Source: Isurus oxyrinchus (lineage: Eukaryota). From it: a DNA stretch of 64,000 bases. Shown one piece after another: positions 15,001-28,318 of the stretch. A program made the position numbers and the translations under genes. The stretch spans positions 86,676,001 to 86,740,000 of the forward strand of contig JANJGN010000016.1 in NCBI GenBank assembly GCA_026770705.1, read 5' to 3'. The notes under the pieces are model-generated. The model did not search any database and was not told the DNA's origin. It saw nothing but the letters and a program-made list of their open reading frames with translations. Position 1 is the stretch's first letter. The number at the start of each line of letters is the position of its first letter.

Positions 15001-18000
15001 TGACTACACAGACTGTATTGTGAAGTTTGATGTACCTGAGTATACAGTCTGGATTGTGAAATGTGATATACCTGAGTACACAGACTGGATTGTGATGTGT
15101 GGTGTACCTAAGTACACAAACTGGATTGTGAAGTGTGGTGTACCTGATTACACAGACTGGATTGTGAAGTGTGATTTATCTGAGTACACAAACTGGATTG
15201 TGAAGTGTGATGTACCTGAGTACACAGACTGGATTGTGAAGTGTGACATAGCTGAGTACACAGACTGCATTGTGAAGTGTGATGTACCTGAGTACATAGA
15301 CGGTATTGTGAATTGTGATGTACCTGAGTACACAGACTGGATTGTGATGTGTGGTGTTCCTGACTACACAGACTGGATTGTGAAGTTTGATGTACCTGAG
15401 TACACAGACTGGATTGTGAAATGTGATGTACGTGAGTACACAGACTGGATTGTGAAATGTGATGTACCTGAGTACACAGACTGGATTGTGAAGTGTGATG
15501 AAACTGACTACACAGACTGGATTGTGAAGTGTGATGTTCCTGAGTACACAGTCTGGATCGTGAAATGTGATCTCCCTGAGTACACAGACTGGATTGTGAT
15601 GTGTGATGTCCCTGAGTGCACAGACTGGATTGTGAAGTCTGATGTACCTGAGTACACAAACTGGATTGTGAAGTGTGATGTACCTGAGTACACAGACAGG
15701 ATTGTGAAGTGTGATGTACCTGTGTACACATACTGGATTGTGAAGTGTGACATAGCTGAGTACACAGACTGGAATGTGAATTATGATGCTCCTGAGTACA
15801 CAAACTCGATTGTGAAGTGTGATGTACCTGTGCACACAGACTTGATTGTGAAGTGTGATGTTCCTGGGTACGCAGACTGTTTCGTGAAATATGCTGTACC
15901 TGAGTACACAGGCTGGGTTGTGAAGTGTGATGTACCTGAGTACGCAGACTTGATTGTGAAGTGTGACGTACCTGTTTACACAGACTGGATTGTGAAATAT
16001 GATGTTCCCTAGTAGAGAGACTGGAGTGTGATGATTGGTATACCTGAGAGCACAAACTGGATTGTGAAGTGTGATGTATCTGAGTACACAGAATGGAATG
16101 TAAGCTGTGATGAACCTGAGTACACAGACTGGATTATGAAGTGTGACGTAGCTGAGTTCACCGACTTGATTGTAAACTGTGGCGTCCCTGAGACAACAGG
16201 CAGGATTGTGAAGTGTGATTTACTGGACTACCACTGATTGGATTGTGAAGTGTGATGAACCTGAGTACACAGACTGGATTGTGATGTGTGGTGTACCTGA
16301 TTTCACAGACTGGATTGTGAAGTGTGATTTATCTGAGTACACAAACTGGATTGTGAAGTGTGATGTACCTGAGTACACAGACTGGATTGTGAAGTGTGAC
16401 ATAGCTGAGTACACAGACAGGATTGTGAAGTGTGATGTACCTCAGTACACAGACTGTATTGTGAATTGTGATGTACCTGAGTACACAGACTGGATTGTGA
16501 TGTGTGGTGTTCCTGAGTACACAAACTGGATTGTGAAATGTGATGTACCTCAGTACACAGGCTAGATTGTGAAGTGTGATGTACCTGAGTACACAGACTG
16601 GATTGTGAAGTGTGAAGTACCTGTGTACACAGACTGGATTGTGAAATATGATGCACCTATTTATACAGACTGGATTGTGAAGTATGATGTTCCTGAGTAG
16701 AGAGACTGGAGTGTGATGATTGGTGTACCTGAGAGCACAAACTGGATTGTGAAGTGTGATATATCTGAGTACACAGAATGGATTGTGAAATGTGATGTAT
16801 CTGAGTACACAGAATGGATTGTGAAATGTGATGTATCTGAGTGCACAAAGTGGATTGTGAAATGTGATTTATCTGAGTACACAGCCTGGATTGTGAAGTG
16901 TGATGTACCTGAGTACACAGACTGGATTGTGAAGTGTGACGTGCCTGAGTACACAGACTGGATTGTGAAGTGTGATGTACCTGAGTACACAGACTGCATT
17001 GTGAAGTGTCACGTAGCTGAGTACACAAAATGGATTGTGAAGTGTGACGTAGCTGAGTACACCGACTTGATTGTAAACTGTGACGTCCCTGAGTCCACAG
17101 GCAGGATTGTGAAGTGTGATGTACCTGAGTAAACAAACTGGATTATGAAGTGTGATGTACCTGAGTACACAGACTTGATTGTGAAGTGTGATCAACCTGA
17201 GTACACAAACTGGATTGTGAAGTGTGATGTACCTGAGTACACAGACTGGATTGTGAAGTGTGACGTAGCTGAGTACACAGACTGGATTGTGAAGTGCAAT
17301 GTACCTGTGTACACAGACTGGATTGTGAAATATGATGCACCTGAGTACACAGACTGGATTGTGATGTCTGAGGCACCTGAGTATACAGACTGGATTGTGA
17401 AATGTGATGTACCCGATTACACAGACTAGATTGTGAAGTGTGATGAACCTGACTACACAGACTGGATTGTGAAGTTTGATGTACCTGAGTACACAGACTG
17501 GATTGTGAAATGTGATGTACGTGAGTACACAGACTGGATTGTGAAATGTGATGTACCTGAGTACACAGAATAGATTGTGAAGTGTGATGAACCTGACTAC
17601 ACAGACTGTATTGTGAAGTTTGATGTACCTGAGTATACAGTCTGGATTGTGAAATGTGATATACCTGAGTACACAGACTGGATTGTGATGTGTGGTGTAC
17701 CTAAGTACACAAACTGGATTGTGAAGTGTGGTGTACCTGATTACACAGACTGGATTGTGAAGTGTGATTTATCTGAGTACACAAACTGGATTGTGAAGTG
17801 TGATGTACCTGAGTACACAGACTGGATTGTGAAGTGTGACATAGCTGAGTACACAGACTGCATTGTGAAGTGTAATGTACCTGAGTACATAGACGGTATT
17901 GTGAATTGTGATGTACCTGAGTACACAGACTGGATTGTGATGTGTGGTGTTCCTGAGTACACAAACGGGATTGTGAAATGTGATGTACCTCAGTACACAG

Positions 18001-21000
18001 ACTAGATTGTGAAGTGTGATGTACCTGAGTACACAGACTGGATTGTGAAATGTGATGTACGTGAGTACACAGACCGGATTGTGAAATGTGATGTACCTGA
18101 GTACACAGACTAGATTGTGAAGTGTGATGAACCTGACTACACAGACTGGATTGTGAAGTTTGATGTACCTGAGTACACAGTCTGGATTGTGAAATGTGAT
18201 ATACCTGAGTACACAGACTGGATTGTGATGTGTGGTGTACCTGAGTACACAAACTGGATTGTGATGTGTGGTGTACCTGATCACACAGACTGGATTGTGA
18301 AGTGTGATTTATTTGAGTACACAAACTGGATTGTGAAGTGTGATGTACCTGAGTACACAGACTGGATTGTGAAGTGTGACATAGCTGAGTACACAGACTG
18401 GATTGTGAAGTGTGATGCACCTGTGTACACAGACTGGATTGTGAAGTGTGATGTACCTGAGTACACAGACTGGATTATGAAGTGTGACGCAGCTGAGAAC
18501 ACAAAATGGATTGTGAAGTGTGACGTAGCTGAATTCACCGACTTGATTGTAAACTGTGACGTCCCTGAGACAACAGGCAGGATTGTGAAGTGTGATGTAC
18601 CGGACTACCACAGATTGTATTGTGATGTGTGGTGTACCTGATTACACAAACTGGATTGTGAAGTGTGATGTACCTGAGTACACAGACTGGATTGTGAAGT
18701 GTGATGTACCTGTGTACACAGACTGGATTGTGAAGTGTGATGTACCTGAGTACACAGACTGGATTGTGAAGTGTGATGTACCTGTGTACACAGACTGGAT
18801 TGTGAAGTGTGATGTACCTGAGTACACAGACTGGATTGTGAAGTGTGATGTACCTGTGTACACAGACTGGATTGTGAAATATGATGCACCTGAGTACACA
18901 GTCTGGATTTTGAAGTGTGATGTAACTTTGTACACAGACTGGATTGTGAAGTGTGATGTACCTGAGTAAACAGACGGGATTGTGAATTGTGATGTACCAG
19001 AATACACAGAATGGATTGTGAAGTGTGACTTAGCTGAGTACACAGACAGGGTTGTGAAGTGTGACGTACCTGTGTAGACAGACTGGATGGTGAAGTGTGA
19101 TGTACCTGTGTACACAGACTTGATTGTGAATTATGATGCACCAGAGTATACAGACTGGATTGTGAAATGTGATGTTCCTGAGTACACAGACTGGATTATG
19201 AAGTGTGACGTAGCTGAGTACACGAAATGGATTGTGAAGTGTGACGTAGCTGAGTTCACCGACTTGATTGTAAACTGTGACGTCCCTGAGACAACAGGCA
19301 GGATTGTGAAGTGTGATTTACTGGACTACCACTGATTGGATTGTGAAGTGTGGTGTACCTGATTACACAAACTGGATTATGATGTGTGGTGTACCTGAGT
19401 ACACAGACTGGATTGTGAAGTGTGATTTATCTGAGTACACAAACTGGATTGTGAAGTGTGATGTACCTGTGTACACAGACTGGATTGTGAAATATGATGC
19501 ACCTATTTACACAGACTGGATTGTGAAGTATGATGTTCCTGAGTAGAGAGACTGGAGTGTGATGATTGGTGTACCTGAGTGCACAAAATGGATTGTGAAG
19601 TGTGATGTATCTGAGTACATAGAATGGAATGTAAACTGTGATGTACCTGAGTACACAGACTGGATTGTGAAGTGTGATATACCTGAGTACACAGACTGGA
19701 TTGTGAAGTGTGGTGTACCTGAGTACACAGACTGGATTGTGAAGTGTGATGTACCTGAGTACACAGACTGGATTGTGAAATGTGACGTACCTGAGTACAC
19801 AGACTGCATTGTGAAGTGTGATGTACCTGAGTACACAGACTGCATTGTGAAGTGTGACGTAGCTGAGTACACAAAATGGATTGTGAAGTGTGACGTAGCT
19901 GAGTACACAAACTGGATTGTGAAGTTTGTTGTACCTGAGTACACAGACTGGATTGTGAAATGTGATGTACCTGAGTACAGAGACCTGATTGTGAAATATG
20001 ATGCACCTGAGTACACAGACTGGATTGTGAAGTGCGATGTAACTGTTTACACAGACTGGATTGTGAAATATGATGTACCTAAGTACACAGACCGGATTGT
20101 GATGTCTGATTTACCTGAGTACACAGACTGGATTGTGAAATGTGATGTACCTGAGTACACAGACTAGATTGTGAAGTGTGATGTGTCTGAGTACTCAGAC
20201 TGGATTGTGAAATGTGATGTACCTGAGTACACAACCTGGATTGTGAAATGTGATGTACGTGAGTACACAGACTGGATTGTGAAATGTGATGTACGTGAGT
20301 ACACAGACTGGATTGTGAAATGTGATGTACCTGAGTACACTGTCTGGATTGTGAAATGTGATATACCTGAGTATACAGACTGGATTTTGATGTGTGGTGT
20401 ACCTGAGTACACCAACTGGATTGTGAAGTGTGATATACCTGAGTACACAGACTGGATTGTGATGTGTGGTGTTCCTGGGTACACATACTGGATTGTGAAA
20501 TGTTTTGTACCTCAGTACACAGACTAGATTGTGAAGTGTGATGTACCTGAGTACACAGACTGGATTGTGAAATATGATGCACCTGAGTACACAAACTCGA
20601 TTGTGAAGTGTGATGTACCTGTGTACACAGACTGGATGGTGAAGTGTGATGTTCCTGAGTACTCAGACTGTTTTGTGAAATACGATGTACCTGAGTACAC
20701 AGGCTGGATTGTGAAGTGTGATGTATCTGAGTACACAGAATAGAATGTAAACTGCGATGTACCTGAGTACACAGACTGGATTGTGAAGTGTGATGTACCT
20801 GAGTACACAGACTGGATTGTGAAGTGTGACGTAGCTGAGTACACAAAATGGATTGTGAAGTGTGACGTAGCTGAGTTCACCGACTTGATTGTAAAGTGTG
20901 ACGTCCCTGAGTCCACAGGCAGGATTGTGAAGTGTGATGTACCGGACTACCACAGATTGGATCGTGAAGTGTGATGTACCTGAGTACACAGACTGGATTG

Positions 21001-24000
21001 TGAAATATGATGCACCTGAGTACACAAACTCGATTCTGAAGTGTGATGTACCTGTGTACACAGACTGGATTGTGAAGTGTGATGTTCCTGAGTACTCAGA
21101 CTGTTTTGTGAAATATGATGTACCTGAGTACACAGGCTGGATTGTGAAGTGTGATGTACCTGAGTACACAGAATAGAATGTAAACTGTGATGTTCCTGAG
21201 TACACAAAGTGGATTGTGAAATATGATGTACCTCAGTACACAGACTAGATTGTGAAGTGTGATGTACCTGAGTACACAGACTGGATTGTGAAATATGATG
21301 CACCTGATACACAAACTCCATTGTGAAGTGTGATGTACCTGTGTACACAGACTGGATTGTGAATTGTGATGTTCCTGAGTTCTCAGACTGTTTTGTGAAA
21401 TATGTGGTACCTGAGTACACAGGCTGGATTGTGAAGTGTGATGTAACTGAGTACACAGAATAGAATGTAAACTGTGATGTACCTGAGTACACAGACTGGA
21501 TTGTGAAGTGTGATGTACCTGAGTACTCATGCAGGATTGTGAAGTGTGGTGTACCTGAGTACACAAACTGGATTGTGAAGTGTGATGTACCTGAGTACAC
21601 AGACTGGATTGTGAAGTGTGACGTAGCTGAGTACAAAAAATGGATTGTGAAGTGTGACGAAGCTGAGTTCACGGACTTGATTGTACACTGTGACGTCCCT
21701 GAGTCCACAGGCAGGATTGTGAAGTGTGATGCACCTGTGTACACAGACTGGATTGTGAAGTGTGATGTACCTGAGTACTCATGCAGGATTGTGACGTGTG
21801 ATGTACCTGAGTATACAAACTGGATTGTGAAGTGTGACGTACCTGAGTACACAGACTGGATTGTGAAGTGTGATGTACCTGAGTACACAGACTGGATTTT
21901 GAAGTGTGATGTAACTGTGTACACAGATTGGATTTTGAAGTGTGATGTTCCTGAGTCCAGAGAAGGGATTGTGAAATATGATGTACCTGAGTATACAGAC
22001 GGGATGGTGAATTGTGATGTACCAGAGTACACAGACTGGATTGTGAAGTGTGACTTAGCTGAGTACACAGACTGGATTGTGAAGTGTGATGTACCTGTGT
22101 ACACAGACTGGATTGTGAAATATGATGCACCTGAGTACACAGACTGGATTGTGAAGTCTGATGTATCTGAGTATACAGAGTGGATTGTGAAATGTGATGT
22201 ACCTGAGTACACAGACTGGATTGTGAAATATGATGTACCTGAGTACACAGACTTGATTGCGAAGTGTGAAGTACCTGTGTACACAGACTGGATTGTGAAG
22301 TGTGATGTACCTGAGTAGACAGACTGGATTGTGAAGTGTGATGCACCTGTGTACACAGACTGGATTGTGAAATATGATGCACCTGAGTACACAGACTGGA
22401 TTGTGAATTCTGATGTACCTGAGTTTACAGACTGGATTTGTGAATTGTGATGTACCTGAGTACACAGACTGGATTGTTAAATGTGATGTACCTGAGTACA
22501 CAGACTGGATTGTGATGTGTGGTGTTCCTGAGTTCACAAACTGGATTGTGAAATGTGATGTACCTCAGTACACAGACTAGATTGTGAAGTGTGATGTACC
22601 TGAGTGATCATGCAGGATTGTGAAGTGTGATGTACCTGAGTACACAGACTGGATTGTGAAGTGTGATGTCCCTGAGTGATCATGCAGGATTGTGAAGTGT
22701 GATGTACCTGAGTACACAAACTGGATTGTGATGTGTGGTGTACCTGATTACACAGACTGGATTTTGAAGTGTGATGTACCTGAGTACACAGACCTGATTG
22801 TGAAGTGTGAAGTACCTGTGTACACAGACTGGATTGTGAAATTTGATGCACCTATTTACACAGACTGGATTGTAAGTATGATGTTCCTGAGTAGAGAGAC
22901 TGGAGTGTGATGATTGGTGTACCTGAGTGCACAAAATGGATTTTGAAGTGTGATGTATCTGAGTACACAGAATGGAATGTAAACTGTGACGTCCCTGAGT
23001 CCACAGGCAGGATTGTGAAGTGTGATGCACCTGTGTACACAGACTGGATTGTGAAGTGTGATGTACCTGAGTATTCATGCAGGATTGTGAAGTGTGATGT
23101 ACCTGAGTACACAAACTGGATTGTGAAGTGTGATGTACCTGAGTACACAGACTGGATTGTGAAGTGTGACGTAGCTGAGTACACAGACTGGATTGTGAAG
23201 TGTAATGTACCTGTGTACACCGACTGGATTGAGAAATATGATGCACCTGAGTACACAGACTGGATTTTGAAGTGTGATGTAACTGTGTACACAGATTGGA
23301 TTTTGAAGTGTGATGTTCCTGAGTACAGAGAATGGATTGTGAAATATGATGTACCTGAGTATACAGACGGGATGGTGAATTGTGATGTACCAGAGTACTC
23401 AGACTGGATTGTCAAGTGTGACTTAGCTGAGTACACAGATTGGGTTGTGAAGTGTGACGTACCTGAGTAGACAGACTGGATTGTAAAGTGTGATGTACCT
23501 GTGTACACAGACTGGATTGTGAAATATGATGTACCTGAGTACACAGACTTGATTGTGAAGTGTGAAGTACCTCTGTACACAGACTGGATTGTGAAGTGTG
23601 ATGTACCTGAGTAGACAGACTGGATTGTGAAGTGTGATGCACCTGTGTACTCAGACTGGATTGTGAAATATGATGCACCTGAGTACACAGACTGGATTGT
23701 GAATTCTGATGTACCTGAGTTTACTGACTGGATTGTGAAATGCAATGTACCTGAGGACACAGACTGGATTGTGATGTGAGATGTACCTGAGTACACAGAC
23801 TGGATTGTGAAATGTGATGTACCTAAGTACGCAGACCGGATTGTGATGTGTGATGTACCTGAGTACGCAGTCTGGATTGTGATGTGTGATGTACCTGAGT
23901 ACACAGACTGGATTGTGAAATGTGATGTACCTGAGTACCTAGACTAGATTGTGAAGTGAGATGAACCTGTCTGCACAGACTGGATCGTGAAGTGTGATGT

Positions 24001-26874
24001 ACCTGAGTACACAGTCTGGATTGTGAAATGTGATATACCTGAGTACACAGACTGGATTTTGATGTGTGGTGTACCTGAGTACACAAACTGCATTGTGAAG
24101 TGTGATGTACCTGAGTACACAGACTGAATTTTGAAATGTGATATACCTGAGTACACAGTCTGGATTGTGATGTGTGGTGTTCCTGGGTACACATACTGGA
24201 TTCTGAAATGTGATGTATCTCAGTACACAGACTAGATTGTGAAGTGTGATGTACCTGAGTACACTGACTGGATTGTGAAATATGATGCACCTGAGTACGC
24301 AAACTCGATTGTGAATTGTGATGTACCTCTGTACACAGACTGGATGGTGAAGTGTGATGTTCCTGAGTACTCAGACTGTTTTGTGAAATATGATGCACCT
24401 GAGTACACAAACTCGATTGTGAAGTGTGATGTACCTGAGTACACAGGCTGGATTGTGAAGTGTGATGTACCTGAGTACACAGAATAGAATGTAAACTGCG
24501 ATGTACCTGAGTACACAGATTGGATTGTGAAGTGTGATGTACCTGAGTACACAGACTGCATTGTGAAGTGTGATGCACCTGAGTACACAAACTCGATTCT
24601 GAAGTGTGATGTACCTGTGTACACAGAATGGATTGTGAAGTGTGATGTACCTGAGTACACAGACTGGATTGTGAAGTGTGACGTAGCTGAGTACACAAAA
24701 TGGATTGTGAAGTGTGACGTAGCTGAGTTCACCGACTTAATTGTAAACTGTGACGTCCCTGAGTCCACAGGCAGGATTGTGAAGTGTGATGTACCTCAGT
24801 ACACAGACTAGATTGTGAAGTGTGATGTACCTGAGTACACAGGCTGGATTGTGAGATATGATGCACGTGAGTACACAAACTCGATTCTGAAATGTGATGT
24901 ACCTGTGTACACAGACTGGATTGTGAAGTGTGATGTTCCTGAGTTCTCAGAATGTTTTGTGAAATATGATGTACCTGAGTACACAGGCTGGATTGTGAAG
25001 TGTGATGTACCTGAGTACACAGAATAGAATGTAAACTGTGATGTTCCTGAGTACACAAACTGGATTGTGAAATGTGATGTACCTCAGTAGAAAGGCTGGA
25101 TTGTGAAGTGTGATGTACCTGAGTACACAGACTGGATTGTGAAGTGCGATGCACCTGTGTACACAGCCATGTATTGTGAAGTGTGTTGTACCTGAGTAAT
25201 CATGCAGGATTGTGAAGTGTGATGTACCTGAATACACAGACTGGATTGTGAAGTGTGATGTACCTGAGTACACAGACTAGATTGTGAAATATGATGCACG
25301 TGAGTACACAAACTCGATTCTGAAGTGTGATGTACCTGTGTACACAGACTGGATTGTGAAGTGTGATGTTCCTGAGTACTCAGATTGTTTAGTGAAATAT
25401 GATGTACCTGAGTACAAAGGCTGGATTGTGAAGTGTGATGTACCTGAGTACACAGAATAGAATGTGAACTGTGATGTTCCTGAGTACACAGACTGGATTG
25501 TGAAATATGATGCACCTGAGTACACAAACTCGATTGTGAAGTGTGATGTACCTGTGTACACAGACTGGATTGTGAATTGTGATGTTCCTGAGTACTCAGA
25601 CTGTTTTGTGAAATATGATGAACCTGTATACACAGACTTGATTGTGAAATATGATGCACCGATTTACACAGATTGGATTGCGAAGTATGATGTTCCTGAG
25701 TAGAGAGACTGGAGTGTGATGATTGGTGTACCTGAGTGCACAAACTGGATTGTGAAGTGTGATGTATCTGAGTACACCAAATAGATTGTAAACTGTGATG
25801 TACCTGAGTACACAGACTGGATTATGAAGTGTGATGTACCTGAGTACTCATGCAGGATTGTGAAGTGTAATGTACCTGAGTACACAGACTGGATTGTGAA
25901 ATATGATGCACCTGAGTACACAGACTGGATTGTGAAGTCTGATGTACCTGAGTATACAGACTGGATTGTGAAATGTGATGTACCTGAGTACAAAGACTGG
26001 ATTGTGATGTGTGATGTACCTGAGTACACAGACTGGATTGTGAAGTGTGATGTACCTGAGTACACAGACTGGATTGTGAAATATGATGCATCTGAGTACA
26101 CAGACTGGATTGTGAAGTCTGATGCACCTGAGTATACAGACTGGATTGTGAAGTGTGATGTATCTGAGTACACAGAATGGAATGTAAACTGTGATGTACC
26201 TGAGTACACAGACTGGATTGTGAAACGTGATGTACCTGAGTACACAGACTGGATTGTGAAATGTGATGTACCTGAGTACACAGACTGGATTGTGAAGTGT
26301 GATGAACCTGACTACACAGACTGGATTGTGAAGTGTGATGTACCTGAGTACACAGACTGGATGTTGAAATGTGATATACCTGAGTACACAGACTGGATTG
26401 TGAAGTGTGATGTACCTGAGTACACAGACTTGATTGTGAAGTGTGATGTTCCTGAGCACTTAGACTGGATTGTGAAATATGATGCACCTATTTACACAGA
26501 TTGGATTGTGAAGTATGATGTTCCTGAGTAGAGAGACTGGAGTATGAAGATTGGTGTACCTGAGAGCACAAACTGGATTGTGAAGTATGATGTATCTGAG
26601 TACACAGAATGGAATGTAAACTGTGATGTACCTGAGTACACAGACTGGATTGTGAAGTGTGATGTACCTGAGTACACAGACTGGATTGTGAAGTGTGATG
26701 TACCTGAGTACACAGACTGGATTGTGAAGTGTGATGTACCTGAGTACACAGACTGGATTGTGAAGTGTGATGTACCTGAGTACACAGACTGGATTGTGAA
26801 GTGTGATGTACCTGAGTACACAGACTGGATTGTGAAGTGTGATTTACCTGAGTACACAGACTGGATTGTGAAGT
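1..26874. repeat. 36-bp tandem satellite array (~745 units), consensus GATTGTGAAGTGTGATGTACCTGAGTACACAGACTG, with higher-order duplications
   Basis: 36-bp periodicity is directly visible throughout. ORFs are 12-aa repeats (DWIVKCDVPEYT; minus strand SQSSLCTQVHHT) broken by stops and frameshifts. The array runs off the left edge and ends abruptly at 26874. Confidence 0.98.
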
Positions 26875-27374
26875 AAATCTTCACCAATAAGTAACCATTG
26901 TTAAACTATAAAAATGACATTTTGCTGAACATCATATTCCAAAACTTTTATTGTTGCATTTTTTAGATCTTTATACATTGGCACAATTATCTGATCTGCA
27001 TATATTACTGTATATAGACAATATATAATTGTAATATATTATTGTAATAAATAATGTAACATGAAATGATATATATTATTTATTACTCAGGTTTCTCTAT
27101 ATATTTCTCAGCAGGATATATCATCACTAACATTTTAACTATGTAGTGACACAGCTCTGATAACCATATTAATAAAGTTTTAATTGTATCTTTCATTCTC
27201 CCTGTGTTTACTGACACAATTCTCTGGTTTGTGGGTTCCCCTATGTACAAACCATCTGTGATGTCCTTGGAGTAATGGCTCAAACTGACTTCATCAAACT
27301 GACATTCCAAATAGGCCGACACTGTTCATAACGGGATTAACTGTAATTGAGTCAGATCTGAGCGTCAGCAGCTA

Positions 27375-27600
27375 AACTAGAGAGAGGGATGGAGGTCAAT
27401 TAGGGGGAGGGGTGAAAGTCAAATAGAGAAGGGTTGGAGGTCAGATAGACAGAGGAATGCAGGTCAGATAGAGAGAGGGATGGAGTCAGATAGAGAGAGT
27501 GATGGAGGTCAGATAGAGAGAGGGATGGAGTCAGATAGAGAGAGCGATGGAGTCAGATAGAGAAGGGATGGAGGTCAGATAGTGAATCGGATGGAGATCA
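27375..27600. repeat. Degenerate ~22-bp purine-rich tandem repeat (GGAGGTCAGATAGAGAGAGGGAT-like)
   Basis: Repeated GGTCAGATAGAGAGAG/GGATGGAG motifs are visible. Confidence 0.8.
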
Positions 27601-28318
27601 GAGAGGTGTGTATCTGAGAGGAAGGTCGGACACTCAGAGGGAGGGATGGAGATTAGGGAGGTGTGTATCTGAGTGGAAGGTCAGACACTCATAAGGAGTG
27701 TTTGACATCAGGGAGGTGTGTATCTGAGAGGAGGGTCAGACACTCAGAGGGAGGGATGGAGATCAGTGAAGTGTGTATCTGAGAGGAAGGTTGGACACTC
27801 AGAGGGAGGGATGGAGATCAGGGAGGTGTGTATCTGAGAGGCAGGTCTGACACTCAGAGGGAGGGATGGAGATCAGGGAGGTGTGTATCTGAGTGGAAGG
27901 TCAGACACTCATATGGAGGGTTTGAGATCAGGGAGGTGTGTATCTGAGAGGAAGGTCGGACACTCAGAGGGAGGGATGGAGATCAGGGAGGTGTGTATCT
28001 GAGAGGAAGTTTGGACACTCAGAGGGAGGGATGGAGATCAGGGAGGTTTGTATCTGAGAGGAAGGTCAGACACTCAGAGGGAGGGGTGGAGATCAGGGAG
28101 GTGTGTATCTGAGAGGAAGGTCGGACACTCAGAGGGAGGGATGGAGATCAGGGAGGTGTGTATCTGAGTGGAAGGTCAGACACTCAGAGGGAGGGATGGA
28201 GATCAGGGAGGTGTGTATCTGAGAGGAAGGTTGGACACTCAGAGGGAGGGATGGAGATCAGGGAGGTGTGTATCTGAGGGGAAGGTTGGACACTCAGAGG
28301 GAGGGATGGAGATCAGGT
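27600..28318. repeat. 55-bp minisatellite (~13 copies) GGGAGGTGTGTATCTGAGAGGAAGGTCGGACACTCAGAGGGAGGGATGGAGATCA
   Basis: Units start at 27931 and 27986 (period 55). Confidence 0.95.

Noticed and set aside
1-26874. CRISPR array (36-bp repeats)
   Set aside because: Units are head-to-tail with no unique spacers, there are no cas genes, and the context is vertebrate.
1-26876. Cys/Trp-rich 12-aa repeat protein (DWIVKCDVPEYT) or His/Gln-rich proteins on the minus strand
   Set aside because: ORFs arise because the unit length is a multiple of 3. Frequent TAG stops and 1-bp frameshifts are propagated in duplicated blocks, most starts are GTG, and several frames on both strands are open.
27226-27300. 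Degenerate J segment (GGTTTGTGG…ATCTGTG…CTTGGA…CAAACTG)
   Set aside because: Spacer is 19 bp, there is no in-frame FGxGTKL and no splice donor.
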